48,591 nucleotides of DNA from a virus (IMGVR_UViG_3300003406_000172:1-48591), one strand, 5' to 3'; counted from the first letter of the stretch, positions 36,457 to 46,173 are shown. Notes: generated by a model from the sequence alone, not told the origin. Numbers and translations: made by a program.

Positions 36457-37560
36457 ATGGACAAGCCAGTATTTATAGATATTAATCCTGAAATCATCAT
36501 TGCTCAAATCAAGGATGATTATGAACAACTTACCGGGAAAACACTTTATCCCGGACAAGTAGAGCAGTTGCTCATTAACGCATTTGCTTACAGAGAGTAT
36601 ATGCTCCGGGTGAAAATTCAGGATGCTGCAATGCAGAATCTTGTGGAGTTCAGCCGTGCGCCGTTTCTTGATTATTTAGGCCAATTGGTTGGAGTGCGAA
36701 GATTGCCGGCTTCTAAAGCGGTTTGCCCTGTGAAGTTAACTCTAATTGCAGGACACGGAAATATTATCATTCCTAAAGATCTGAGAATACAATCTATTGA
36801 TGGTGAAGCTGTTTTTTTACTGGATGATGAAGTAAGTGTGGATGCCAGCACGAATGAGGTTATTGCAAACTTTACCTGTATTTCAGAAGGCGAAAAAGGA
36901 AACGGTTATGAACCTGGAAAAATTTCAATCATTCTCGATCCTCAGCCTTATCTTTTTTCGGTTGAAAATATTGAAACCACTACTGGCGGGTCTGATCAGG
37001 AAACAGATTCAGGATTGAGAAACAGGATAATGATCGCACCACAATCATTTAGCAATGCAGGAAGCAGGGGAGCGTATGAGTATTTTGCCCGTTCTGCAAA
37101 TCCGGGCATAGCTGCTGTGGGTATCACTTCACCCATTCCTGGTCAAGTAAATATTTATCCCTTGATGAAAAACGGTGAAATGCCTAATCAATCTATTTTG
37201 GATGAAGTTTACAACGCTTGTAATAGCGAAAAAGTACGTCCGCTCACAGATACTGTAATTGTTCAGGAGCCAGGACAAAAGACTTATAATATCACTGTAA
37301 ATCTCACTTTGATAACTGGAACCGTGGAAAGTGAAGCGATTGATCAGGTGAAAGCCGGATTGCAGAATTACGCAAACAGCCGCCGGAATAATTTGGGATT
37401 GGATGTGGTAAGGGAAAGAATCATTTCAGAATGTATGAAAGTTTCCAACGTGTACAATGTTACCGTTTTGGAGCCTGCTCTTACCGTGGTGATAAATCCT
37501 GATGAAGTGGCAAAGTGCGAAAACATAACCGTAAATGTAACAGGATACAGTGATGAATAA
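36457..37560 (+). CDS. Baseplate J protein
   Basis: LDYLG...RLPA, GEKGNG, GGSDQETD..LR.RI, AGSRGAY, RPLTD. Confidence 0.95.
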   Translation: MDKPVFIDINPEIIIAQIKDDYEQLTGKTLYPGQVEQLLINAFAYREYMLRVKIQDAAMQNLVEFSRAPFLDYLGQLVGVRRLPASKAVCPVKLTLIAGHGNIIIPKDLRIQSIDGEAVFLLDDEVSVDASTNEVIANFTCISEGEKGNGYEPGKISIILDPQPYLFSVENIETTTGGSDQETDSGLRNRIMIAPQSFSNAGSRGAYEYFARSANPGIAAVGITSPIPGQVNIYPLMKNGEMPNQSILDEVYNACNSEKVRPLTDTVIVQEPGQKTYNITVNLTLITGTVESEAIDQVKAGLQNYANSRRNNLGLDVVRERIISECMKVSNVYNVTVLEPALTVVINPDEVAKCENITVNVTGYSDE

Positions 37561-38185
37561 CCTTCTGCCACAATCTATCCAGCAGCCTCATATTATTGCT
37601 TTTGATCTTCTGATGAAGCAAAGACTTGAGGAAATAGGCATGAATGCGCTTCTGGTGTACATGATAGATACTGTGGATGAGTCGGCTTTGTATTTTCTGG
37701 CAAAACAGTTTGACGTTTTAGGATATAACGGTTGGAAATTAGCTCATACCGATGATAAAAAACGGGCACTGATAAAACAAGCCATAGAACTACACCGGTT
37801 TAAAGGAACAGTTTGGAGTATTAAAGAAGCTTTGAAAACGGTGGGTTTTCCCGATGCTACCATCACAGAACATGTGAGCCATTGGGCGGGTTTCACAGTG
37901 CAATTGAACATTGGAAACACCCCGATAAACGCTGACGCTATCAATTCAGCTTTAGAGATGGTAAAAGCTTATAAAAACGCACGATCTCATTTGATGGGAT
38001 TTGAATTTAAGATTGAATTTGAAAGTGAATTAACCATTACCGATGATAGCTATGAAGCTCCGGGAGATGATTATGGAGACAGTCTTTTCATGGGTGGAGA
38101 TTTCACCTACAACGGAGCGCATCAGCACGATGGCAGTAAGAATTACAGTAGCGATACAGATATTTTGGAACTTACAATTATATAA
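37550..38185 (+). CDS. Tail protein I (P2 gpI family)
   Basis: LLPQS, KRALIKQAIELHRFKGT, KNARSHL. Confidence 0.9.
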   Translation: MMNNLLPQSIQQPHIIAFDLLMKQRLEEIGMNALLVYMIDTVDESALYFLAKQFDVLGYNGWKLAHTDDKKRALIKQAIELHRFKGTVWSIKEALKTVGFPDATITEHVSHWAGFTVQLNIGNTPINADAINSALEMVKAYKNARSHLMGFEFKIEFESELTITDDSYEAPGDDYGDSLFMGGDFTYNGAHQHDGSKNYSSDTDILELTII

Positions 38186-38188
38186 AAA

Positions 38189-38626
38189 ATGGACAATATA
38201 AAAGCAAGCGGCGGCGTACAACTGAAAGTTATTGATGCCAAAACCGGAAACATCCTTCAGGAATTTGAAGAAAAAAATAAAGTCGTGAACGGTGGTATTC
38301 AAAATGTGGCCAGACTTTTAGGCGGTGCCAGTACAGGCAAACCCATTACTAAGGTGGGTTTTGGCGAAAGCAGTAACCAGGTAGATATTGCCGATTCTAC
38401 ACTATTGAATCCGTACATGAAAAATATTGATTCCGTAGTGTATCCGGCTTTAAATAAAGTGCAGTTCAATTTCTCTTTGGCTGCAAATGAAGCGAATGGG
38501 ATGAACATCACAGAATTGGCATTGTTCAACACCGACAATGTAATGTTCAGCAGAAAAACAAGAAGCGCAATTGCAAAAACCAATGCAGTAATTATCACAG
38601 GAATCTGGACCATAACAATCAATTAA
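38189..38626 (+). CDS. Tail/baseplate protein (fibre N-terminal-like domain)
   Basis: NKVVNGG, ITKVGFG, EANGMNITELALF...MFSRK. Confidence 0.75.
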   Translation: MDNIKASGGVQLKVIDAKTGNILQEFEEKNKVVNGGIQNVARLLGGASTGKPITKVGFGESSNQVDIADSTLLNPYMKNIDSVVYPALNKVQFNFSLAANEANGMNITELALFNTDNVMFSRKTRSAIAKTNAVIITGIWTITIN

Positions 38627-38627
38627 A

Positions 38628-39647
38628 ATGGCAAACGTAACTGAGACTTCCTTATGGGAAAACGGCATATATCAGATTGAAGAGACTGATGTTGTACGGG
38701 GTGGAGATCCTCAAGCTGGAGGTATTTCCAACATACAGGCACAACAACTGGCCAATCGTACAGTTTGGCTAAAAAACAACCTGCAGATCAACAGGCAGCC
38801 GGTCATTAAAAACGTGACGGGCAATTTTACGTTAGGGGAAGCCGAACTACTAAATACGCATGTGTTATTCAACATCACACAAGCCGCAAAAGTGTGCACC
38901 TTGAATTTAACAAACATTCCTGATAATTCGGTATTGTCATTTAGTACCATTACAGATAACGGCTTGGCAAAAGTGTTGAAAATTGCTGCACCGGTGCCAA
39001 TTTTAGGAACTCAAAAAAACGAGTTCAGCAATAATTTCCACCTCTATTCTGGCGAAATGGTTACCCTTCTTTATTCAGGTGACAATCTCTACATCATAGA
39101 TGGAAATGTAAACAATGATACGGTGGGTGAAGTGATTTACAAATACACCCCGCCTTATCTCTCTGTTCCAGCAGATGGCACATTGTTAAACCGTGCGGAA
39201 TATCCACGACTGTGGCAGTACGTCAACAATTATTGTTCGCCAGTTTCAGATGCTTTATGGATTATGGCACCACCAACCAATATGATTAAAAACCGTGGTC
39301 TTTTCTCCACCGGAAACGGGACAACAACTTTTCGGGTTCCTGATTTGCGGGGTCTTTTCATACGTGCTTTAGACAGAGGCAGAGGCATGGATCCTGACAG
39401 GGTTCCGAATGGTGAACAGAGTGGTAGTTTTCAGGATCAATCCGTAATGCACCACACCCATCCATACATGGATATTTATTATAGTGAAAAATGGGGATCA
39501 GTTCCGGTGCCGAATAACTTTGGTAGCAATAAATCTGACAATGATAACAGTGGACATCAAATGGAAAGACAAACCCAAACTAACAATTACCAGGCAAACG
39601 AAACCCGACCCCGAAATATAGCTATATCCGCCTTCATAAAAATTTAA
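38628..39647 (+). CDS. Tail fibre with tail-collar domain
   Basis: IYQIE..D.V.GG...N.QAQQLANRT, GNGTTTFRVPDLRGLFIR, ETRPRNIA. Confidence 0.9.
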   Translation: MANVTETSLWENGIYQIEETDVVRGGDPQAGGISNIQAQQLANRTVWLKNNLQINRQPVIKNVTGNFTLGEAELLNTHVLFNITQAAKVCTLNLTNIPDNSVLSFSTITDNGLAKVLKIAAPVPILGTQKNEFSNNFHLYSGEMVTLLYSGDNLYIIDGNVNNDTVGEVIYKYTPPYLSVPADGTLLNRAEYPRLWQYVNNYCSPVSDALWIMAPPTNMIKNRGLFSTGNGTTTFRVPDLRGLFIRALDRGRGMDPDRVPNGEQSGSFQDQSVMHHTHPYMDIYYSEKWGSVPVPNNFGSNKSDNDNSGHQMERQTQTNNYQANETRPRNIAISAFIKI

Positions 39648-39651
39648 AATC

Positions 39652-40443
39652 ATGGCACTACCTACTCAATATGATGAAATTATTCAGCAGATAAAAAACA
39701 ATATACAGCTGCTGATAAAAGACAACAATGCAAAGGAAATACAACCATTGCATGTCAGACGGGCTTTTGATGAATTTATTCAGGGTTGGACGGAAATTGA
39801 GAACGATCTCTATGAAAGATTAGAAACTATTGATGAAATTCTGCAATCCAACGATGTTGATTTGGACGAAATGCAGGAAATCGTCAACTACATAAAAGCC
39901 AACAAGGCGGCTATTCAAGCTATTCAGGAAGCGGGATTAGGAACGGTAGACGATACGAATGTGAATCTTACGAACTCTTACCCGGACTTTAGCAGCCCGA
40001 CTACTCAGAAGCGGCTGAACATAAAATTTGCGGAAAAGATTGTGGAACTGGAGGGACGAACTTTTACCGAAACGCAAACCACGATCGGGCAGCCTGTTTT
40101 GGAAAACGGAGTTTTGAAAATCTACTACACCGGCGAAAACGGAAACCTTCAGGAGCAATCCGTCGATCTTAATGATCTTGCGCAAACGTTCACCTATCTG
40201 AACCACGTGGAAGAGGAAATAAGCGTAACGCAATCTATGATTTCCGGCAGCACGGTAACGCTGGTTTTGGGTCAGATCATTGATCCTGCAAAGGAACTCA
40301 GCATTTACTATAATGGGGTTTTCATTCCACGCTCTATGCGCAATATTATCGCTGCAAATAACTCTGTAGAAGTGGATTTGGCAGCGTTAAATATGGACAT
40401 GACACCCGGCGATTTCATTGTGGTAAAGTATCATAAAAAATAA
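39652..40443 (+). CDS. Structural fibre-adaptor protein
   Basis: Coiled coil with LDEMQEI motif; C-terminal beta domain (YYNGV) similar to the next gene's C-terminus. Confidence 0.65.
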   Translation: MALPTQYDEIIQQIKNNIQLLIKDNNAKEIQPLHVRRAFDEFIQGWTEIENDLYERLETIDEILQSNDVDLDEMQEIVNYIKANKAAIQAIQEAGLGTVDDTNVNLTNSYPDFSSPTTQKRLNIKFAEKIVELEGRTFTETQTTIGQPVLENGVLKIYYTGENGNLQEQSVDLNDLAQTFTYLNHVEEEISVTQSMISGSTVTLVLGQIIDPAKELSIYYNGVFIPRSMRNIIAANNSVEVDLAALNMDMTPGDFIVVKYHKK

Positions 40444-40462
40444 ATTAATACATAAAAACAAA

Positions 40463-41389
40463 ATGGCAAAGAAAATTAGACAGTTGCAGGTCGAGCAGTT
40501 AGTAGAAGATCTGGCAGCATTAAACAACAAGAAAGTAGCCTCTATTGCTTTCTCTGGAACTACTACGAAAACGCTCACGATTACCTTCACGGATGGTACC
40601 ACCGTCAGCAGCACCTTTACGGATTTGAACACCACGTATCCGGCTCTCACAGAAGCTCTTTTGAATGCAGGTACTTCCACCACAGACAGTGTTATTTCCG
40701 CAAAGGTTTTAGCGGACTATATCAACTCACGTTTGAGTGCCGTGTACACATGGAAAGCTTCTGTAGCGTTTGCCGGGCTTCCTACAACAGGGCAGAAAGT
40801 TGGGGACGTCTACAACATTACCAATGCGTTCACTTTAGGTGGTGAAAACTATCCTGCCGGAACCAACGTTGCCTGGAACGGAACAGGTTGGGATCCTTTA
40901 GCCGGATTCCTGGATACTTCCATTTTCCTGACAGCAGAAACCGACCCAAAAGGGGTTAAGAGTATTGCCATCACCGGTGGTGCTACAAAAACCGTAGCCA
41001 TCACTTTGCGGGATGATACCGTAATTTCAGGCACTTTTGCGGACATTGACACAACGTACACCAAAGGAACGTTGGCGCAGCTGAATGCCGGAACCGACAC
41101 CACGGGACAAGTATGGGCCGCAAAAGATATTTCTGATTTTGTGAAGGCGTTGCAAATCGTAGTAAAGCATGAAGTAACAGCCGTAACAGCAGGGATGATT
41201 GTGAGCGGAAAAGTGACCATAACTCCATCCACTACCATTACGGATAAAACCCGTGTAATGGTGTTTCTAAACGGCGTAAAACAACCCTTGTCAGCGTACG
41301 CAATAGTAGCCGCAAAAATAGAACTCACTCAAGCATCCTTAGCAACGCCGGTTATCGCAACCGACGAAATCGAAATTTTCTACATCTAA
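40463..41389 (+). CDS. Structural fibre protein with an internal duplication
   Basis: Two ~68-aa repeats flanking a VGDVYN...WNGTGWDPL module; Thr/Ala-rich. Confidence 0.7.
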   Translation: MAKKIRQLQVEQLVEDLAALNNKKVASIAFSGTTTKTLTITFTDGTTVSSTFTDLNTTYPALTEALLNAGTSTTDSVISAKVLADYINSRLSAVYTWKASVAFAGLPTTGQKVGDVYNITNAFTLGGENYPAGTNVAWNGTGWDPLAGFLDTSIFLTAETDPKGVKSIAITGGATKTVAITLRDDTVISGTFADIDTTYTKGTLAQLNAGTDTTGQVWAAKDISDFVKALQIVVKHEVTAVTAGMIVSGKVTITPSTTITDKTRVMVFLNGVKQPLSAYAIVAAKIELTQASLATPVIATDEIEIFYI

Positions 41390-41392
41390 AAA

Positions 41393-43540
41393 ATGGCAAA
41401 AAAAATAAGATATAACCAAGTTGAAGGTCTTTCCGATCCGATTAATTACGCACTTGATTCAAATGTTGTTCATCAAACAGGTGATGAAAATATGCATGGT
41501 GCAAAGAGGATGAACAGCCCTTTAATAAAAATTGGTGATGGTGTAAGAATTATTCAGCACCCGAAATCTTATTATTATAATTCAACTCCTTTGATCGGGG
41601 CAATTGTTGTTAAATTGCCAAATCCTAACACCGCATTAGTAGATGTTGAGTTGAGTTATCAGACGTCTACATCTAATAATTCACAAGCAAAAATACGAGT
41701 TACGGGATATTTTGCATCAGGTAATTTTAATACTTCTATTAATAATACGGCAACTGTTGTAGGGTCATCTTCATTGCTGCCTTTTATTAATATAATTAAA
41801 TTAGGTAAACACACCGATGGAAGTCCTGTAATTATTTTAGGTGATGGAACCACCAATATGGGTTCTTACCTTTCAGTTGTGATAGAAAAAGTAACATACA
41901 GATACGCGAGTTCATCTTCAAATGCGACGTTGGATAGTGGGTATGAAATAATCGGAGGAGTTACCGATTTTAGTTCTTATAGTGGATTGGTTTCATGTAG
42001 CGTGGAGATTAATACAAGTCACGCAAACAAAGCGTTTTTAGATGTAATAAATCAGAATTTAGGTACAACCCACACACCTAATTTTAATGGTATTATTATA
42101 GGTCAAGGCAGTACTTCTAAGGGATTCAACGCTTCATTACCTTTTGCATTTTTGAATGCAGGTGCAGCCCAATTAATTTATACAGGAGGAGTTTTAGCTT
42201 CTAATGCTTACGCAGATGCTGCCAAAATCCCAACTAATGGTATTTATTCAAAAGGTAATGTTTTAACAAGTGGAGGTTTTATTAAAGAAGGAGGTGCTGC
42301 ATCTCAGTTTCTGAAAGCAGATGGGACCGTAGATTCAAATTCCTATGCATTAGCATCACACAATCACAATGGTGTCTACGACAATTATCAATCTTGGAAT
42401 TTAAAAACAAACGGAATTCAGCGTACTACGGTACAATCTGGCGGTATTTTAGACTTAGTAAACGGAAGCAATGTAAACATATCCTACAGTGCGGGCGGTG
42501 TAGTAACTATTAATGCAGTTGATACTACCTATTCTAATGGTAATGGATTAGCATTATCTTCTACAACATTTAGTATAGACCCCACTATTTTACTTGACAT
42601 TGCATCAGGTAAGGAAGCACACGGCTGGGGAAATCATGCTTCTGCCGGGTACGCCCTTTCATCACAATTGGCAAATTACCTTCTACTTGCAGGCGGACAA
42701 TTAACCGGAAATCTTAGCATAAGGCATAACCTTTCATTACCTCTACCTACACACGAATTTAAAACCAACCAGGCAAACGGTCGGAATGATTTCTATTTAA
42801 GAAGTGACAGCGGAAATCATATTTTCCGATTTACAGCAGATAACAATCATTTCCTGTTTGATATTGGGGGCGGTATGAGTGCATCCAACCAAACAGGTTT
42901 CCCGTTCCTGCAAATTCCTGCTTATAACTCTCAATTTCGTGTAGGCTATTATGCAACACAATTACCTGCGTATATGTCTGCTGTAGCTGGCCACTCTTGG
43001 ACTGGCGGCAACATGGATGCCGGAGGAGATGTAAACGCTGGTAATGGTGTTAATGCTGTTAATGATGTTAATGCTGGTAATGATGTTAATGTTGTTAATA
43101 ATGTAGTTGCAGGAGGAAAAGCATTCACTGAAGGTGGTTTTGTACATAATCAATATGATAGTCCAGATGTAGTGCTGGTATCTAATGGTGAAGGCATTCA
43201 TAAAAAAGATTTGATATTTACTAAAGTCCTTCAAACAGTACAGGATTTTGAATACATAGACATAGCAGCCAATGTGGAATTTAGAGAATATCAAGTTATT
43301 GTCTGGAATGATGCAGCAACCATTAATATTCCGGCGGCTTCATCAGATATAATGGGTATGAAAATCGTGATTAAATTAGAACAAAGTACACCTATTTATA
43401 ATTTCTACCCGATGCTGGAAGTTGATGGCAGACCTTGGGGAACGCTAATCACCAACAATGATGAAGGTGTTGAATTGGTATGTAGAGGCGATTCTTGGGT
43501 AAGTACATTAATAGGCAGAACAATGGAGATTGTGCTTTAA
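41393..43540 (+). CDS. Long tail fibre / receptor-binding protein
   Basis: VVHQTGDE..G.K, SQFLKADGTVD, HNHNG, GWGNHASAGY, YLLLAGGQLTG fibre motifs; 6-aa beta repeats. Confidence 0.82.
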   Translation: MAKKIRYNQVEGLSDPINYALDSNVVHQTGDENMHGAKRMNSPLIKIGDGVRIIQHPKSYYYNSTPLIGAIVVKLPNPNTALVDVELSYQTSTSNNSQAKIRVTGYFASGNFNTSINNTATVVGSSSLLPFINIIKLGKHTDGSPVIILGDGTTNMGSYLSVVIEKVTYRYASSSSNATLDSGYEIIGGVTDFSSYSGLVSCSVEINTSHANKAFLDVINQNLGTTHTPNFNGIIIGQGSTSKGFNASLPFAFLNAGAAQLIYTGGVLASNAYADAAKIPTNGIYSKGNVLTSGGFIKEGGAASQFLKADGTVDSNSYALASHNHNGVYDNYQSWNLKTNGIQRTTVQSGGILDLVNGSNVNISYSAGGVVTINAVDTTYSNGNGLALSSTTFSIDPTILLDIASGKEAHGWGNHASAGYALSSQLANYLLLAGGQLTGNLSIRHNLSLPLPTHEFKTNQANGRNDFYLRSDSGNHIFRFTADNNHFLFDIGGGMSASNQTGFPFLQIPAYNSQFRVGYYATQLPAYMSAVAGHSWTGGNMDAGGDVNAGNGVNAVNDVNAGNDVNVVNNVVAGGKAFTEGGFVHNQYDSPDVVLVSNGEGIHKKDLIFTKVLQTVQDFEYIDIAANVEFREYQVIVWNDAATINIPAASSDIMGMKIVIKLEQSTPIYNFYPMLEVDGRPWGTLITNNDEGVELVCRGDSWVSTLIGRTMEIVL

Positions 43541-43555
43541 GAAAATAAAAACTAA

Positions 43556-44116
43556 ATGAAGACAATAACATATATATTAAAACTTGCAGGCTTCCAAGAT
43601 ACGCATGATTTCTGGGGCACATATTACCCCTTGTTTGCATCTGTAGCCACAATATCTATCAGCATTGGAAGCGTGGTCGGCTTCTTTGAACTTTACTCAG
43701 GACTAAGCATCATGATGTGGGTTTTTATGGTATTAGGTGTAATTGTCGATTTAGCATTTGGCATCATTGCCAATCTTTATTACTTAAATCAAAAATTTGA
43801 TACTACGAGATTCATTAGGGGAATTTTTAAAGCTTCAGTTTTATTTGTAGTAATATTCCTTACAAACATATTCAAACTTGGAATTGAAGGCAGCAATATA
43901 AAGCCAGAAATTTTAAAAGACCCATTCATATATATCACTGCTACAATCCATTATTCTTTTGTGCTTCTTTTGGGAATATACGTGCTTCTTAGCATCGCTG
44001 AAAATATGGCCAAAATGGAAATAGCAGTGGCCGTTTCCCTTACCAAAATGTTAAAAGTAAAAATAAAAAAAATAGAAAACATTACCAATGATGAAAACGA
44101 TATTAGTCCTATTTAG
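43556..44116 (+). CDS. Holin-like membrane protein
   Basis: Several TM helices, DLAFGI and SIAENM motifs, charged C-terminus; first gene of the lysis cluster. Confidence 0.75.
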   Translation: MKTITYILKLAGFQDTHDFWGTYYPLFASVATISISIGSVVGFFELYSGLSIMMWVFMVLGVIVDLAFGIIANLYYLNQKFDTTRFIRGIFKASVLFVVIFLTNIFKLGIEGSNIKPEILKDPFIYITATIHYSFVLLLGIYVLLSIAENMAKMEIAVAVSLTKMLKVKIKKIENITNDENDISPI

Positions 44117-44603
44117 TTTCTTCCTTATTTCATGTGGTTCCAGAAGTGTGAATCTGCAAAAGGAAAAAACAGAGCAAAAAGAAAACACTCAAATTTCTGA
44201 AACAACAAAATCAGAAATAACCGATCAGCGCACGGCGGAAACTTCCTACAAGCTTTCCGAAACCGCTTTCGGATTTTCTATAGAACCGATAAATGGAAAT
44301 GCATCTTTCAATCTCAATTTTGGCGGTCAAGAAATTTCCGGCGAAACATCCGGTAAAATGAATTTTACAACATCCGATAAGCAGGAAGAAAAAGCCACAA
44401 AAGAAACCCACAATATTCGCACAACCTACCAAACTCATACCAGCTATCAAACTCATACGAGCTACAAATCCGTCCTGAAAAACAAACAGACAGAACGGAA
44501 AGCCTATCCGGTTTGGATATGGATTTTAACGGGTGTATTTCTTGCGGTTCTGGCACAGCTGCTGTGGAGCATGGTAAAACCAAAGTTTAATTTTTTTAAA
44601 TAA
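44088..44603 (+). CDS. Lipoprotein with C-terminal TM, putative unimolecular spanin
   Basis: Lipobox LISC and C-terminal TM (WIWILTGVFLAVLAQLLW); between holin and endolysin. Confidence 0.7.
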   Translation: MMKTILVLFSFFLISCGSRSVNLQKEKTEQKENTQISETTKSEITDQRTAETSYKLSETAFGFSIEPINGNASFNLNFGGQEISGETSGKMNFTTSDKQEEKATKETHNIRTTYQTHTSYQTHTSYKSVLKNKQTERKAYPVWIWILTGVFLAVLAQLLWSMVKPKFNFFK

Positions 44604-44609
44604 TTCACG

Positions 44610-45146
44610 ATGACAAATAAATTCAATCAAATAGCAAATCAGCACAAAACAGAATTTGAATACTTCCTGAAGAATATTTTTCCAGTGGCCATGCTCTGGG
44701 AGGGCGGCGGTAAATATCACAATGTTGCTGGGGATTCCGGCGGCCCTACAATCTGGGGAATCGCTTACAATAAAAATAAACAGCACTTTGACAGCTTAGA
44801 GGATCATAAAAATACAACTAAAGAAGAAGCTGCTGCATTCGCTTTTGTAGAGTATTATTTACCTTTAAAACCTGCTATTCTGCCGTGTAATACAAAACTT
44901 TACGCTTTCGATATTGCTTACAATATGGGTGTTGGTCGTGCGAAAATGTTCATTCAGAAAGCAATCGGAGTTACAGCAGATGGGATTTTCGGGCCGCAAA
45001 CGGAAAAGGCAATAAGTAAGTTAACGGTTGATTCGCTGCATAAAATGAGGGTTGATTTTTACCATTCAATCGCAAAAGGAACTCAGGCGAAATTTCTAAA
45101 AGGTTGGCTGAATCGTGCAAATGACATTTACAAAAGAAGCTTGTAA
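44610..45146 (+). CDS. Endolysin, glycoside hydrolase family 108 with PG-binding domain
   Basis: WEGGG...DSGGPTIWGI, ADGIFGPQT, FLKGWLNR. Confidence 0.92.
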   Translation: MTNKFNQIANQHKTEFEYFLKNIFPVAMLWEGGGKYHNVAGDSGGPTIWGIAYNKNKQHFDSLEDHKNTTKEEAAAFAFVEYYLPLKPAILPCNTKLYAFDIAYNMGVGRAKMFIQKAIGVTADGIFGPQTEKAISKLTVDSLHKMRVDFYHSIAKGTQAKFLKGWLNRANDIYKRSL

Positions 45147-45153
45147 TTTATTC

Positions 45154-45186
45154 AAAATCCCGCTGAAGAGTGGGATTTTCTTTTTT
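45154..45186 (+). terminator. Intrinsic terminator after the lysis cassette
   Basis: aaaatcccgc-tgaaga-gtgggatttt followed by T-run. Confidence 0.75.
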
Positions 45187-45249
45187 CCGTCCGTACACTA
45201 TGCAATACATATAGAAAGAAAATAAAACTCTTTCTTTTGCTTTTAATAG

Positions 45250-45281
45250 TTTGTGTAATTAAAACTATTATTGTACATTTG
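45250..45281 (+). promoter_or_regulatory. Sigma-70 promoter for the right-end moron
   Basis: TTTG (45250..45253), N20, TACATTTG (45274..45281). Confidence 0.72.
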
Positions 45282-45338
45282 TAGTAACAAAAGCAAAGGG
45301 GTTCATAAAATTTAACGACAACAAAACAAGTTACTAAA

Positions 45339-45680
45339 ATGAAACAATTAACTGACAGAGTTTGGGAATACTCACAAAACAATCCCGAAGGATTTACCCT
45401 TAATTTAGAAACTTTCAGACCTGTAAAATTCGGAATATCGGTCGCATATCTGGAAACTCAGGATTCCCACAATAAGGAAAGTTTAGAGCATGTTATTAAC
45501 CACTCTTTGAAACATCAGAAAATAATAGGAGGCTGGTTAAATGATGAAAACGAAAAGTACTACTTTGATTCAGTAAGAATTTTCAGAAACTCAGAACTCG
45601 ACAAAGCAATTGAATTTGCCAAACAACAAAAACAAATTGCAATCTTTGATCTGACCAACTTAAAAGAAATCAAAATCTAA
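45339..45680 (+). CDS. Moron protein, possibly SAM-lyase-like fold
   Basis: GFT...SVAY...GGWLN...YYFD...AIEFAKQQKQIAIFDL. Confidence 0.7.
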   Translation: MKQLTDRVWEYSQNNPEGFTLNLETFRPVKFGISVAYLETQDSHNKESLEHVINHSLKHQKIIGGWLNDENEKYYFDSVRIFRNSELDKAIEFAKQQKQIAIFDLTNLKEIKI

Positions 45681-45712
45681 CAAAGGGGTGCAAACCCCGC
45701 CCCTTTGTTTTT
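45679..45712 (+). terminator. Hairpin/terminator between the two moron genes
   Basis: aacaaaggggtg...cgccctttgtt followed by T-run. Confidence 0.6.
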
Positions 45713-45729
45713 ATCTAAAAAAAGAAATT

Positions 45730-46173
45730 ATGTTACAAATAAATACCATAACTGAAGATCAGCAAAGATCAATTCAGAACTACAAAAAAGTAGGGATTGA
45801 ATTTGAATTTGATAATGACATCGTAAAAGTTTACCAAAAAAGACTGGTGAACGGATATATTCTAAATCAAAAGGAACTGCACGAAAGGGCAAAGGAAATT
45901 TTTCCGGATGCGAAAATACAGCCTAATGTTTTTTCGCTTGACGTTTCTCAAATCACAGTAGAGTGGATTAATGAGAAAATGAATGAATTTGGTATTAAAA
46001 GAAACGATCTGGTGAAGCAACTGGCATTAGACAAAAGTTATATCAGCCGTTTGTTTTCAGACGAAAACAACCAGTTTAAAATCAATCTGACAAACCAGGT
46101 GAAAAGCATGTTTTATTACTACTTTCTAACCTATGAACTTAACCGGGATTTTCGGGAATATTTAGATCAATAA
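45730..46173 (+). CDS. Protein with C-terminal XRE-type HTH
   Basis: MNEFGIKRNDLVKQLALDKSYISRLFS. Confidence 0.75.
   Translation: MLQINTITEDQQRSIQNYKKVGIEFEFDNDIVKVYQKRLVNGYILNQKELHERAKEIFPDAKIQPNVFSLDVSQITVEWINEKMNEFGIKRNDLVKQLALDKSYISRLFSDENNQFKINLTNQVKSMFYYYFLTYELNRDFREYLDQ

Noticed and set aside
43010-43115. AAT/GTT-rich 18-bp repeats as a second DGR template or regulatory array
   Set aside because: They are in frame in the fibre gene and encode 6-aa beta repeats (DVNAGN); no partner copy with A-specific differences
38628-43540. Additional DGR variable repeat in the tail fibre genes
   Set aside because: No TR-like sequence or GSRLC-type motif found by eye in any fibre gene; a computational scan would be needed to exclude a very diverged copy
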